Assembly (NCBI RefSeq): GCF_001194135.2
Contig: NC_068987.1
Span: 12,903,096 to 12,967,095 of the forward strand
DNA length: 64,000 nucleotides
Source of the DNA: Octopus bimaculoides
Lineage: Eukaryota
Direction of reading: 5' to 3'
Part shown: positions 50,635 through 62,430 of the stretch, in pieces
Layout of the letters: every line of letters begins with the position of its first letter
Position numbering within the stretch: the first letter of the stretch is position 1
Made by a program: the position numbers and the translations under genes
The notes under the pieces: model-generated
Database searches by the model: none
Told to the model about the DNA's origin: nothing
Seen by the model: the letters and a program-made list of their open reading frames with translations, nothing else

Positions 50635-50840
50635 CTGTAAAACAGTAAAACAAATAACTAGAGAGACAACACATACTGTAACGGCAATAAAAGCGTTATT
50701 TTCTCACTCCGATAGTTGGACGGGGTAGTTGGTCAGCTGACCTCTCTGGCTAGTAGTCACACCTAAGTGATAACCACACAGCTCTGACCAATGTTAATAA
50801 GTACGTACATTGGTCAAGGTGACTGCTGATTGGTTGTCCC
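50635..50840 (-). promoter_or_regulatory. Possible 73-nt intron (50707-50635) and CCAAT-box cluster upstream of the candidate exon
   Basis: GGA|GTGAGA donor at 50707. CCAAT/ATTGG at about 50788, 50810 and 50829. 10-bp inverted repeat TGACCAATGT/ACATTGGTCA. Confidence 0.2.
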
Positions 50841-51178
50841 GAGAAAGTAAACGAAACCGTTTCAATTCACTATAGATACTGAACAGTAGGCAACCTACGC
50901 TCTAATTTCTAAACCCATTTCATATATGACAAAAGACATTCCGTAGAAAGTGTATGGTATCTGAACATAGTTGAAATAACATAGCTATCTTTAGAAGCCC
51001 CAGGAGGGGCAACTTAAAAGTATTTATGTTTAGACATTTAGCTGAAACAAACAAAAAGAGCAATTTTTTTTTTAGTTATTAATATCATACGGTTAATTAT
51101 TTTTATTATTCCGTAGTCATTACAAATAGGTTAGATCTACAAATATTGGTTTTAAAACTGTAGTGGATTCGGCTAGAC

Positions 51179-51800
51179 CAGTGCCCCGCAACCTTTTTTC
51201 ACTTGTGGTACACTTGTATTTTTTACGAATTCGGTGACATCCTGAACTCAAAATATATTCACTTTTACCAGTTAATAATGCTGTCTAACCTATGTGAGTG
51301 TAAAAAAACTCCAGTCATTTAATTTATTTTTACTATCCTCAGTAGATCTTCACAGCCGTGCCAATACGTAGATCTTCACGCCTGTGCCAATACGTATAAA
51401 TCATTTCAAGTTAATTTTTAGTCCCAGGTAAATGCTAATAAATGCTAATAAAAAATTAAAGAAAAACGAAAAATTAAAATATAATCAAATATATCACTCG
51501 TTCTAAGAGATTAATATGTATGTCGCCGTGTTGGGTAATGTGATCCTCGCGAGGTCAAGGATGATATTCGACCAGATTTAATTGTTGTGAACTGGTATGT
51601 AACTAGATATGCGGGTCAATACCAACTCCATATATCCAGTTGCAGTCAGCGTAGTTCTTGACATGCGACAGATGTGTCAGTCGCTTCGCGTTGCTTTTTA
51701 CATCACGCTGTGCTGAAATGTTGAGTGCCATTATAGGTGACTCATTACCCACCTGTGTCGATCATTAGTCAACGATTGCCGCTGGCACACGCTAATGTCA
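51179..51800. mobile_element. Possible hAT (Charlie-like) non-autonomous remnant
   Basis: Terminus-like CAGTGCCCCGCAACCTTTTTT at 51179 and GGCACAC motif near 51785. The partner TIR was not found. Confidence 0.3.
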
Positions 51801-51804
51801 CATT

Positions 51805-52135
51805 TTAAATCTCTTTTAAATACATCTTTAAATCGTTTCCTTTTGTCTTCCTCGCGTGCACTTTCCTTTCTTCAAACGAGAGTCAAATAGTTGTTTCGGC
51901 TAATCGATGATCCACATTTTGCACAACATGGCCACTCCAACGAAGCTGGTGATGCATGATCATTGTTCCAATGTACGAGATATTGGTTTGCCCAAGCACC
52001 TAACATTCCTCCGTTTGTTCAAGCACTAGATGTACATGTTTCTCTTCACACAATCCTTGTTATATTTCCAGCAGATGAAAATGTCGCCTGTAACTTGTTC
52101 GTGTTTCAGAGCCATATTGGAAAGTAAGTGTTACA
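51805..52135 (-). mobile_element. RTE-clade LINE ORF2 C-terminal fragment, decayed
   Basis: QYGSETRTSYRRH, IMHHQLRWSGHVVQ and KQLFDSRLKKGKCTRGRQK..RFKDVFKRDLK match the RTE signatures YGSETW and QLRWxGHVxR. Confidence 0.85.
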
Positions 52136-53113
52136 AATGACTATCTTGCATACACCACATGTCTGGTTCTTTGTTTCTGATCATACCTGTATTTGTCTAC
52201 GTTGCTCATATACATGCTACTGGTCTCTCTGAGTTGCGTAGGTTATTTTTGTATAGTTTAAGTAAATTACCTAAGCAAATAAGTGGGTTCTACTCTTTTT
52301 CTATATGTCTATGTCTCTAGCTGTGCTGATGAAGTATATTGAGGCAGAAACACGTCAAGAACTATCCTCTTAGCAGAAGAATTTCTCCAAAGTTGACATA
52401 TCATTAAGGAAACGGATAGGCTCATTGTCTGTTGATAAGAGGACGGTGATGGTCACGTTTCTGCCTCGATAAGCGTCAGCAGCACAACAATTATCCTAAC
52501 ATTTCTCCCATAGTCTTGGAATAGAGATACACATATAAAGAATAGAAGACATTTATGGATATTTCTTTTTGTTATCTCACCCCCATTAAAAAACTGGATT
52601 ATCTCCCCCCTTTTTATGAGAAATATTGGTACTTTTGGTTATCTCCCTCAGCTAAAAAAAAAATTGTTTACCCCTCAATAAAAGAAAAAAATGAAAAAAT
52701 TAATGAACATGAAAAGTGAAAAAATGAAACCTCTTATTGAATCTCATAATACTTTCATAACAGGTCATACCATGCTTATAGAGGAGGCTAAGCGCCAACA
52801 ATGTGTTGAAGTATTGAATCAGAAGGATCTCTTTTAATCTAATTTCTTGTCGCCACATAAACTCAATTTTTTGATGGGGAGATAACCCAATTTTTTAATG
52901 ACAATTTTTCAATGGAGGTGAGATAACCAACAAGTACCCATTTATGATCTGAGTAATTTGCACAATTTAAACACAAATGAGCTAAGAGAAATAAATCAGA
53001 GTAGTCAGTAGCATGTATTTGAACAACTAAGACAAATACAGACATATCAAATATCATACAACATAAATTTTTGTTTGTTTAAATTGTCACCGTCTCTAAA
53101 AGACGTGGGAACC

Positions 53114-53190
<77 letters not shown>

Positions 53191-53216
53191 CAGATAGATA
53201 GATAGATAGATAGATA
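53114..53216. repeat. (GATA)n array
   Basis: Read directly. Confidence 0.98.
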
Positions 53217-53219
53217 CAA

Positions 53220-53405
53220 AAATGGGACAACAAACCATCCAGATAGACGATACAAAGAAAACAAGGATGGGTCATTCGAAGTTTTCTTTCTTCAGTCGAG
53301 TACCAGATTATCTTCGTAATTTCGGCTGATTATACTCGAGATTTCGCCAATCTGGCCAGCCCCAAGGAAAACCTAAGCTAAGAGCATTAGATTCCTTGGA
53401 AGAAA

Positions 53406-53451
<46 letters not shown>

Positions 53452-53785
53452 ATAAGATCGTAATTTAAAATACCGATCATATCAAGTGGCCAGCATGGGA
53501 ATAAAAACCTTATAGGTAATAATTATTATTAAAATTATAATTAAGGGTATCTAAAAGATACTACCATGCTAGCGATAACAGTCGAAACTTGACTCTAAAA
53601 CCACATCAAGTATTCATACAGCATCAGGAGAAAAGACAAATAGACAAATAAACTAGCAAATCTATTTGTCTATTCATCTTTTCTCCTGGTGCTGTATGAA
53701 AACATGATGTGGTTTTAGAGTTAAGTTTCGACTGCTATCTCTAGCATGGTTGTGTCTCTTAGATATCCCTAATTATAATTTTAAT
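53220..53785. mobile_element. Penelope-like terminal relics with a ~260-bp fold-back
   Basis: Arms 53528-53652 and 53663-53785 are near-complementary. Confidence 0.5.
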
Positions 53786-54354
53786 GTGTGTGTGTGTGTG
53801 TGTGTGTTACTTCACACAATTCTTTTTTATTTTTTTTTATTTTGCATTTCTTTCTTTTCACATAGCAGTTCATTTATAGATTCTCTGAGCCCAAACGAAC
53901 AAAGACTAAATCATTTAACTTCGCGAAATTTACTTCTTTTCCCTTTGTAAAACCACTGGCTCCGAGTTTTGTCGTTTATCCCAATAATTGTTTAACGGCT
54001 CAGCGGGCTATTCAGCACCTAATAATAAATAGCAGCTTCAGAAAGCAGCCTTGTTTGCAAATTTAAAATTACTATCGAATTTTCCCACCACTTGCTGACC
54101 TGACAACATTGTCACCACCGTTACCGTAACTAAAACTCCCCTCTATCNNNNNNNNNNNNNNNNNNNNNNNNNNNNNNNNNNNNNNNNNNNNNNNNNNNNN
54201 CATTACTCTCGCCCGAGCCAACGAAGGGTCATATATGAAGGTCTCCAGGACTGCTAAAGATAGCGGACAAATTTTCGCTCTATGCGTAATGGTGGTTGGT
54301 TGTGGATCACCGTTGTTCGACGCGGAGGTTTCAATCGGCCAATCAACTGAATAA

Positions 54355-54570
54355 TCAAAGCGACGAGCTGGCAGAAACGTTAGCATGCCGGGCGAAATGC
54401 TTAGCGGAATTTCGCCTGTCTTTACGTTCTGAGTTCAAATTCCACCGAGGTCGACTTTGCCTTTCATCATTTCGAGTTCGATTAAGTACCATTTGCGTAC
54501 TGGGATCGATCTAATCGAATGGCCGCTTCCCTCAAAATTTCAGGCCTTGTGCTCAGAGTAGAAAAGAATC
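54355..54570 (+). mobile_element. SINE A
   Basis: Full body match. Confidence 0.85.
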
Positions 54571-54589
54571 AACTGAATAATCTGATCCT

Positions 54590-54680
54590 GAATTAACGTA
54601 AAAGTGGCTGAGTATTCCACAGACATGTATACCAATAAACTAATTCTCAAGCAGAATCAGTGTGACACAAGTGTAAGCCG
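54590..54680 (-). mobile_element. Old SINE E tail fragment
   Basis: AATTAACGTAAAAGTGGCTGAGTATTCCACAGACATGTATACC resembles the E tail. Confidence 0.6.
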
Positions 54681-54974
54681 AAGCTGTAGCTTTTATATTC
54701 TAAGAACAATTCAAGGATTATTTTTCGTTTTCTTCCAACCACAGATCTTAGTGAAAATTTTCAAAAATTGTACTTTTGATGCAGTTTTGCATTCATAGTG
54801 ATGAGTATTATTATTTTAGGAAAATTATAATAAAGAACTTGGAAGCGTTTGAATTTACGTAGTCTTAGTCAATGAATTTCAAACAAGTGTCCTCACAATG
54901 GAAGCCGAAATTGTTTGTTGTCATGGCAACTTCGGTGTATCGTTGTTTACTCATACTATTATGAGTGAAAGGAT

Positions 54975-55187
54975 TGACAAGGGGCTACACACAGAGGGGA
55001 CAAACAAGGACAGACAAACGGATTAAGTCGATTAGATCGACCCAGTACGTAACTGGTACTTAATTTATCGACTCCGAAAGGATGAAAGGCAAAGTCGACC
55101 TCGGCGGAATTTGAACTCAGAACGTAACGGCCGACGAAATACCGCTAAGCATTTCGCCAGGTGTGCTAACGTTTCTGCTAGCTCGCC
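54975..55187 (-). mobile_element. SINE A (tail 2)
   Basis: Full body match. Confidence 0.9.
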
Positions 55188-55189
55188 TG

Positions 55190-55358
55190 TGTGGGCTTCC
55201 ACACAGTTTTCGCCGACCAACTTCCCTCGCTAGGCATTGGTCTGCCCAGGGCTATAGCAGAAGACGGCTTTCCCAAAGTACCACCACACTGTGACACCGA
55301 ACCTAAAACCACACGGTTGCAAAGCGAGTTTCTTAACCATACAGCCATACCTGCGCCT
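55190..55358 (-). mobile_element. Old SINE B-related head
   Basis: GGCTTCCACACAGTTT..TTCTTAACCATACAGCCATACCTGCGCC. Confidence 0.65.
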
Positions 55359-56815
55359 AATGAGAGAAATATTAAATCTTGCACGAGTAGTTACGGGTAC
55401 ATATCTTGATTACTATCAAAGAATCAAGTACACGATTCAATTTCTATTCCCAGTTCGATCTACCTCACCTCACTTCACCGATGTAGTTGATGCCCTTGGC
55501 AAACACGGCAACGACAAATCTTACCACTGAATAGTTTTACGCATCACGCCTTCAAAATCAGTAATTAGAAGATTAGTTTACCCCTAATCTTACTCATATT
55601 TAGTGGATATATTTAATTAAGATGCTTGATATAAACGTAATAAGAAACTAATCAAACAACCTGCGAGTGACAACTGCAGTACAGTTCCACCCATCTCTCT
55701 GATTTAATGGTAAACTCTGTTACTGAAATATGCTGTTATTAATCCTTCAATATCACCTCTATCTCTATTTCCTATTTTAGAGTTATAAATCTCTGTTGCG
55801 TTTTGTCTTTCATCTGCTAATTGAAGAAGCAACATATACACTCCTTCCTCTTATCTCTTCAGCGCAAACATTTGTCGTTACATTTATTATATCTCGTTGT
55901 ATTGGATGATGTTCTATGTGTTTTGAAGAAACCTCCATGCGTACACATACACACAAACCACACACAAATACACATACACGCAAACCACATACACACAAAA
56001 TACATACACAAACAAGCAAACAACATATACACACACAGAACACCACTTTCCTCTCTGTGAGTGTCTATGTAAGTGCGTGTGTGCGAGTATACATGTATGT
56101 ATATATGTATGTGTGTATAACATGTATGTACGTGTATATACACGCATATATGCGTAAGTGTGAATAATATATATATATATATATATATATNNNNNNNNNN
56201 NNNNNNNNNNNNNNNNNNNNNNNNNNNNNNNNNNNNNNNNNNNNNNNNNNNNNNNNNNNNNNNNNNNNNNNNNNNNNNNNNNNNNNNNNNNNNNNNNNNN
56301 NNNNNNNNNNNNNNNNNNNNNNNNNNNNNNNNNNNNNNNNNNNNNNNNNNNNNNNNNNNNNNNNNNNNNNNNNNNNNNNNNNNNNNNNNNNNNNNNNNNN
56401 NNNNNNNNNNNNNNNNNNNNNNNNNNNNNNNNNNNNNNNNNNNNNNNNNNNNNNNNNNNNNNNNNNNNNNNNNNNNNNNNNNNNNNNNNNNNNNNNNNNN
56501 NNNNNNNNNNNNNNNNNNNNNNNNNNNNNNNNNNNNNNNNNNNNNNNNNNNNNNNNNNNNNNNNNNNNNNNNNNNNNNNNNNNNNNNNNNNNNNNNNNNN
56601 NNNNNNNNNNNNNNNNNNNNNNNNNNNNNNNNNNNNNNNNNNNNNNNNNNNNNNNNNNNNNNNNNNNNNNNNNNNNNNNNNNNNNNNNNNNNNNNNNNNN
56701 NNNNNNNNNNNNNNNNNNNNNNNNNNNNNNNNNNNNNNNNNNNNNNNNNNNNNNNNNNNNNNNNNNNNNNNNNNNNNNNNNNNNNNNNNNNNNNNNNNNN
56801 NNNNNNNNNNNNNNN

Positions 56816-56865
<50 letters not shown>

Positions 56866-57414
56866 AAATTCGTAGTTAAAGCATTAATAAATTAAAACGA
56901 CCATCTATATATCATTGTATCGTATATCATATATATATACACAGTTGATAGGCAAGTTACAGCAGTATTCGACCGAGATAACACCTTTTATGGACGCACT
57001 GCATTTAAGACAATATATATCGGAGGGAGACGAAAATTTTTCCACCAGTGAGTAGCGAGAGAGCCGACGCATTTCGACCTATTTGTCCCTTATCAATCAC
57101 TATACTCACAGCCAGTCACATGCCTAGATGAGATTTGTCGCCTCCGATTGGTAAACAATGAATAAGACATACACTGATATTGTGAATACTTGCCCGACTG
57201 AATAAAAACCCGGTACACGCAGTTGAAGGATTATTAAGTTAAAATAGCCATCGACATATCAGACTTAACGTAACTGCAGTATTCGACCGAGATAACAAGA
57301 CTTATGGACGTACGGCGATTAAAAACGAGAAATCTCGTCTTGAGAGCAAGAAAAAGTGAGAAAGAATAGGCAAACAGACATAGATGAAAGTCGGATAGGC
57401 AGGCAGACAATTAG

Positions 57415-57606
57415 CTAACTAGCTGACTATCTAGCTGGCTAGGTAGGTAGGTACATAGGTAGGTAGGTAAGTAGGTAGGTATGTAGGTAGGTAGGTAGGT
57501 AGGTAGGTAGGTAGGTCGGTAGGTAGGTAGGTAGGTAGGTAGGTAGGTAGGTAGGTAGGTAGGTAGGTAGGTAAGTAAGTAGGCAGATAGATGGATAGAT
57601 AGACAA

Positions 57607-57684
<78 letters not shown>

Positions 57685-57690
57685 TGACAG
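57415..57690. repeat. Compound (TAGG)/(GACA)/(GATA) array
   Basis: Read directly. Confidence 0.95.
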
Positions 57691-58239
57691 ACTGACACAA
57701 TGCACACGTCCGTACAGGGCCATTAATGTTCGTAAATCATAAGACTAGATATGAATTGGTAAAAATTTCTGCTTATTCTACTTAAAATACCATAGGAGAA
57801 TCAAGTATGTCGGCTGGTATTCCGGGCTATTTTTAAGCATTTCAGCGTGTTTCTACGCCATGCCAAATATCTCTCGGAAAATTATTATTCTTGGTTCGGA
57901 TTATCTTGCCATATGTTGCTTCGTATTTACCATTTCCCGCTCAATTCACAATTTTTTTTTTTGCTTTGTTTTTGTTTGTTTGTTTGTTTGTTTGCTTTTT
58001 TGCTTGTTTTACGAACCATTTCTGCAAAGACATATAATGGGTATCTGTCGTCACACGCACGCACACACACACACACACACACACACGTACATGTAAACAT
58101 ACATATGCATATACATGCAAATATATACATGCATACATACATATGGAAACACACATGCAGTCATGCATGCACAAATACACACATACACTTAGATAAATAC
58201 ATACACGTATATATGTATTTGTATATATATATACATACA

Positions 58240-58330
<91 letters not shown>

Positions 58331-58599
58331 TTACACATCCTCAATTACATTTACGTAAAGTTCATTCATATAATTTTCAAACGAAACACACGAGAGAAGT
58401 TGACGCTCGATATTCTAGAAATAACAGCCAAATCACCCTCTTGCTCTTCCTCAAATTATATCTTGCCGTCTTAGGGAGAGCAGGTAATATAGTGAGGTTC
58501 TATACATATATATAACATCTACATAAAATAGAGAATAAACCATAGAACAGATGGAACATTTTGAACCATAGATCTGTTGCAGCATAGACCACGGGTTGG

Positions 58600-59450
58600 C
58601 CTTGGGGTTAAACCACAAGAAATGGCACTTGTATATAACGTGGTCCTAGATGCATTGTATTTGAATAAAAAGACATGATGGTCACAGCTAGATTGCCATT
58701 GATAACTGGTTTGTACTGACAAAGGCTCGAGCAGGCTGTTCCGTTGATCGGATCAACTGGAACCCTCGACGTCGTAAGCGACGGAGTGCCAGCAACAACT
58801 GATGAAGGCTAACCTTAGACTGAAACAGTCACGAGGAAGCATGTATCTCCAGCAATAGGGCCCTGGATTTCCTGTGTCTAAATAAAAGACAAGATGGTCA
58901 CAGTTGGAGCTTCTTTAACAGTAGGTTTATATCAGTCATGGTTGGCATAGGTTTAACAACAAGAGGAAATGATAAACTAAATCTGAAAAAAAGACAGGAT
59001 GGGCACATGTGGACCATGATTTCACAGTAGATTTATATCAGACAAAGTTGGCTTGTTGCTAAATAACAAGAAAAGAAACATTGTATGGTATAGTCCTAGA
59101 TACACTGTGTCAGAATTAAAGACAAGATAGCCACAAGAACTTATTTGACAATAGGTTTATATCAATCAGTGACTTGGTACTAAGCAATAATGAACGAAAT
59201 ATTGTATAATGTAGTCCTAGATACATTAAGCCTGAATAAAAGACAAGATAGTTACGGGTAAAGCACTTCTGACAGTAGATTCATTTCAGTCACGGTGAAT
59301 CAGTGCTAAACTACAAGGAATGAAAATTCTATGATCTAGTCCAAGATACATTGTATCAGAATAACAGACAAGATTATCACAAGTTAAGCACCATTTGACA
59401 GTAGGCTTATATCAACCAAGATGATTTGATGCTAAACTGCAAGGAATATA
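58600..59450 (+). repeat. Diverged tandem array, six units of about 105-128 bp, related to the F-type repeat tail
   Basis: AAGACA(A/T/G)GAT anchors at about 58671, 58887, 58992, 59120, 59241 and 59366; each unit has CAGTAG(G/A)TT..ATATCA. Confidence 0.75.
58728..58798 (+). mobile_element. SINE E 3' tail only (5'-truncated)
   Basis: CGAGCAGGCTGTTCCGTTGATCGGATCAACTGGAACCCTCGACGTCGTAAGCGACGGAGTGCC. Confidence 0.85.
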
Positions 59451-59957
59451 ACACCTCTCCTTGAAAAATGCAGTTTTTTTTTTTTTAATTTTTTCGGATC
59501 CCTACGTTTTAGATGTCGGAGATTACGAATATGCAAAAAAAAACAAAAAAAAACAACCCTCCCCCACTACCACCACTCCCCACCCACTTAAAATTTTGAA
59601 CTGTTACGAAATTTTTTTCCCTTATGTTTTAGATGACGGAGATTCCGAATAAGCAAGATGTATGCATAAAGAGACAGATAGATATGAATGTCTTCCTGGG
59701 GTTAAAAACAACAGTAATACCGTCTTCTATAGGACCGTAACATTTAGTTGACAAATATATTTTATGAATGAATGGAGAAGAATAAATAGATAGACAGATA
59801 AATAAATAGATGGATGAAAAAGTTCAAAATTTAAAATTGGGGAGGGGTGAAATTTGAGCCCCTTATTAAACTTTATAACATGAATTATTAAGCATTAATG
59901 TTCGTTTCTCATAAAATGGTGTATATTGGGAAGCACTTCATATCGCCAACCGGTGTT

Positions 59958-60008
59958 TGTCACACGCTGATGACGGGTCAATACCCAGAAACTCGGGTCC
60001 GTGTGATA
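59958..60008 (+). ncRNA. Type I hammerhead ribozyme, minimal Penelope/retrozyme-type (predicted)
   Basis: Stem I TGTCACACG (59958-66) pairs with CGTGTGATA (60000-08), 9 bp with one GU. Core CTGATGA at 59967-73. Stem II GGGT/ACCC with CAAT loop and a C.A closing mismatch. GAAA at 59988-91. Stem III AC-TCGG-GT. GTC cleavage triplet ends at 59999. Confidence 0.75.
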
Positions 60009-60865
60009 CAGGGTGGCCTCATTTGGAACGCCTGTAGGCATAGCGTTGTCATTCGCATCATTTGGAAATGCAGAGAACTAGTCATTGCCCAATCGAAAAA
60101 TTTATTGTTCACAAAATACTTGATATGCGAAAGAAAGATGCAGAAATAAAAAAAAACAGCAATCATTAGATTTATTTGTTTTGTTTTAGCTTTTTAAATC
60201 TAAAAATATACAAATTGATATGCTACCAGGTTTACCCCCAAAACTCCACAAATATAGTTTTTGGCATACTCTGTTGTATATGCGTGTATGACTAGTATCT
60301 GTTCACAGCTGAAGTAATTTTAAGTTGAACAGGAAGTTGCCTTAAGTTGCTCTATCAACTCTAATTTTGGCAATTTTTCAATCGTGGAAAATTTTATCTC
60401 TTTAAGAAGAATTTCGGAAAGATTACAGACTAGGGTTAGCAAAATACGTTTGGAATGAGATTCCGACATTTTTTAAAGGTGTGTTAAATTGGATTTATGG
60501 ATATACAGATGATCAGGGGGATCAGATTACATTTGTTAAACGAAGATTATTGCTCAACTAAATTATCCCATAATAAGACCAAATGAAATTCTAAAATCCA
60601 GCCGGCCATGATATAAATATGATAAGACGGCTATCAAACATTTTATGGTTCTAACATTGTATCAAATTCGAATTACTGACATGTTTTTTACTCGAAGCAA
60701 TAAATTACATAACGGTAATATAATAAAATATGCAATTCATTTCATGAAGAAACGGAAAAGATACACTCCACAACCAAGTAGTTAATATAGAACAGTTTCT
60801 GCAATAACTAGTGAAATATCGCTAGCTGCTCGCATGTTTAGTTACTTAATTCATATACATTTTCT

Positions 60866-61050
60866 AAGGCGGCGAGCTGGCGGAAACGTTAGCACGCAGA
60901 GCGAAATGCTTAGCGGTATTTCGTCTCTTTATGCTCTGAGTTCAAATTCCTCCGAGGTGGACTTTACCTTTCATTCTTTTGGAGTCGATAAATGAAGTAC
61001 CAGTGGAGTCGATCTAATCTACGCTAACGATTCTGCCTGCTCACCGTTTT
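60866..61050 (+). mobile_element. SINE A followed by an inverted head fragment (61022-61050)
   Basis: CGCTAACGATTCTGCCTGCTCACCG is the reverse complement of the A head. Confidence 0.8.
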
Positions 61051-61290
61051 ATGCGTATACAAAAATAATAAAATTAAATCATTTTTTTATATATAAATTA
61101 ATCGATAATAAATTTATTGACTAGTAGATTAGATAACAAAAAAAAAGAAGTGGATTGTAAACAGCGCGTGTGCTTTTTAATGCAGAATTATCCACCCCAT
61201 TCCCATCCCTTCCAAAGTTACAACAGTATCGGTTTCAACACAGGGTTCCACATCAAAAAATCTTGCAAAACAAATATATCGATATCATAT

Positions 61291-61295
61291 CGTGT

Positions 61296-61338
<43 letters not shown>

Positions 61339-61784
61339 TGAGTGAGTGCGGCCGTACGCGCTTATGTGTGTGTATATGCATACATATATGTGTGTATATA
61401 CAGTGACACATACATACAAATATGCAAGTATGCATACATACATGCAAACATACATACATACATACATACACACGTTCATACATACATACATATATGCATA
61501 TATACATCAATACATACATACATACATACATTCATACATACATATATGCATATATACATCAATACATATATACATACATACATTCATACATACACTCATA
61601 CATACATACACTCATACATACATACATACATATATATACATACATACATACATACATACACGCGTACATACATACATACATACATACATACATACATACA
61701 TACATACATACGTACATGCATACATACATACATACGTACATGCATACACACACACATACATACATACATACATACATACATACA

Positions 61785-61815
<31 letters not shown>
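61291..61815. repeat. (TG)n followed by a long degenerate (CATA)n array
   Basis: Read directly. Confidence 0.95.
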
Positions 61816-61816
<1 letters not shown>

Positions 61817-62121
61817 CACGTAACGCCTGGAAGGGTTTACCAATGTTCAGTAAGCATGTCGTCTTTGACAGATGGTGAATAGACTGTTCTGTAAGAAGTT
61901 TGGTAATAATGACAAAAGAAAAAAAAAAACGCGAAAGAACTAACCAACAGAAAGAAAACAGAAAACAAACACCTCAGAAAATATGTAATAAGAAAACAAA
62001 ATAAAATTAACACCAACGGTTGGGATATGACACAAAAAACCCAAAATATGCCAAGAAATCGTTAGTAAGGTGAAAAAGAAAAAAAAAGCAACGTTGCTTT
62101 TCTTTATTATATTTTTAATAT

Positions 62122-62430
62122 CAAGGCGGCGAGCTGGCAGAAACGTTAGCACGCCGGGCGAAATGCTTAGCGGTATTTCGTCTGCCGTTACGTTCTGAGT
62201 TCAAATTCCGCCGAGGTCGACTTTGCCTTTCATCCTTTCGGAGTCGATAAATTAAGTACCAGTTACGCACTCGGGTCGATGTAATCGACCTAATCCCTTT
62301 GTCTGTCCTTGTTTGTCCCCTCTATGTTCAGTCCCTTGTGGGCAATAAAGCCATAAGAAACGTTTGCACGCCGGGCGAAATCCTTAGCGATATTTCGTTT
62401 GTCTTTACGTTCTGAGTTCAAATTCTGTCG
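62122..62430 (+). mobile_element. SINE A dimer, second unit truncated
   Basis: Junction GCAATAAAGCCATAAGAAACGTTTGC. Confidence 0.9.

Noticed and set aside
52070-52128. Plus-strand exon with TTTCCAG acceptor and GTAAGT donor
   Set aside because: It is the antisense of the RTE YGSET region; probably chance splice signals.
55470-55530. Short minus-strand frame VRFVVAVFAKGINYIGE
   Set aside because: Weak acceptor, several weak donors, peptide not recognised.
58600-59450. CRISPR-like periodicity
   Set aside because: Whole units are homologous and diverged, with no unique spacers, in a eukaryotic context.
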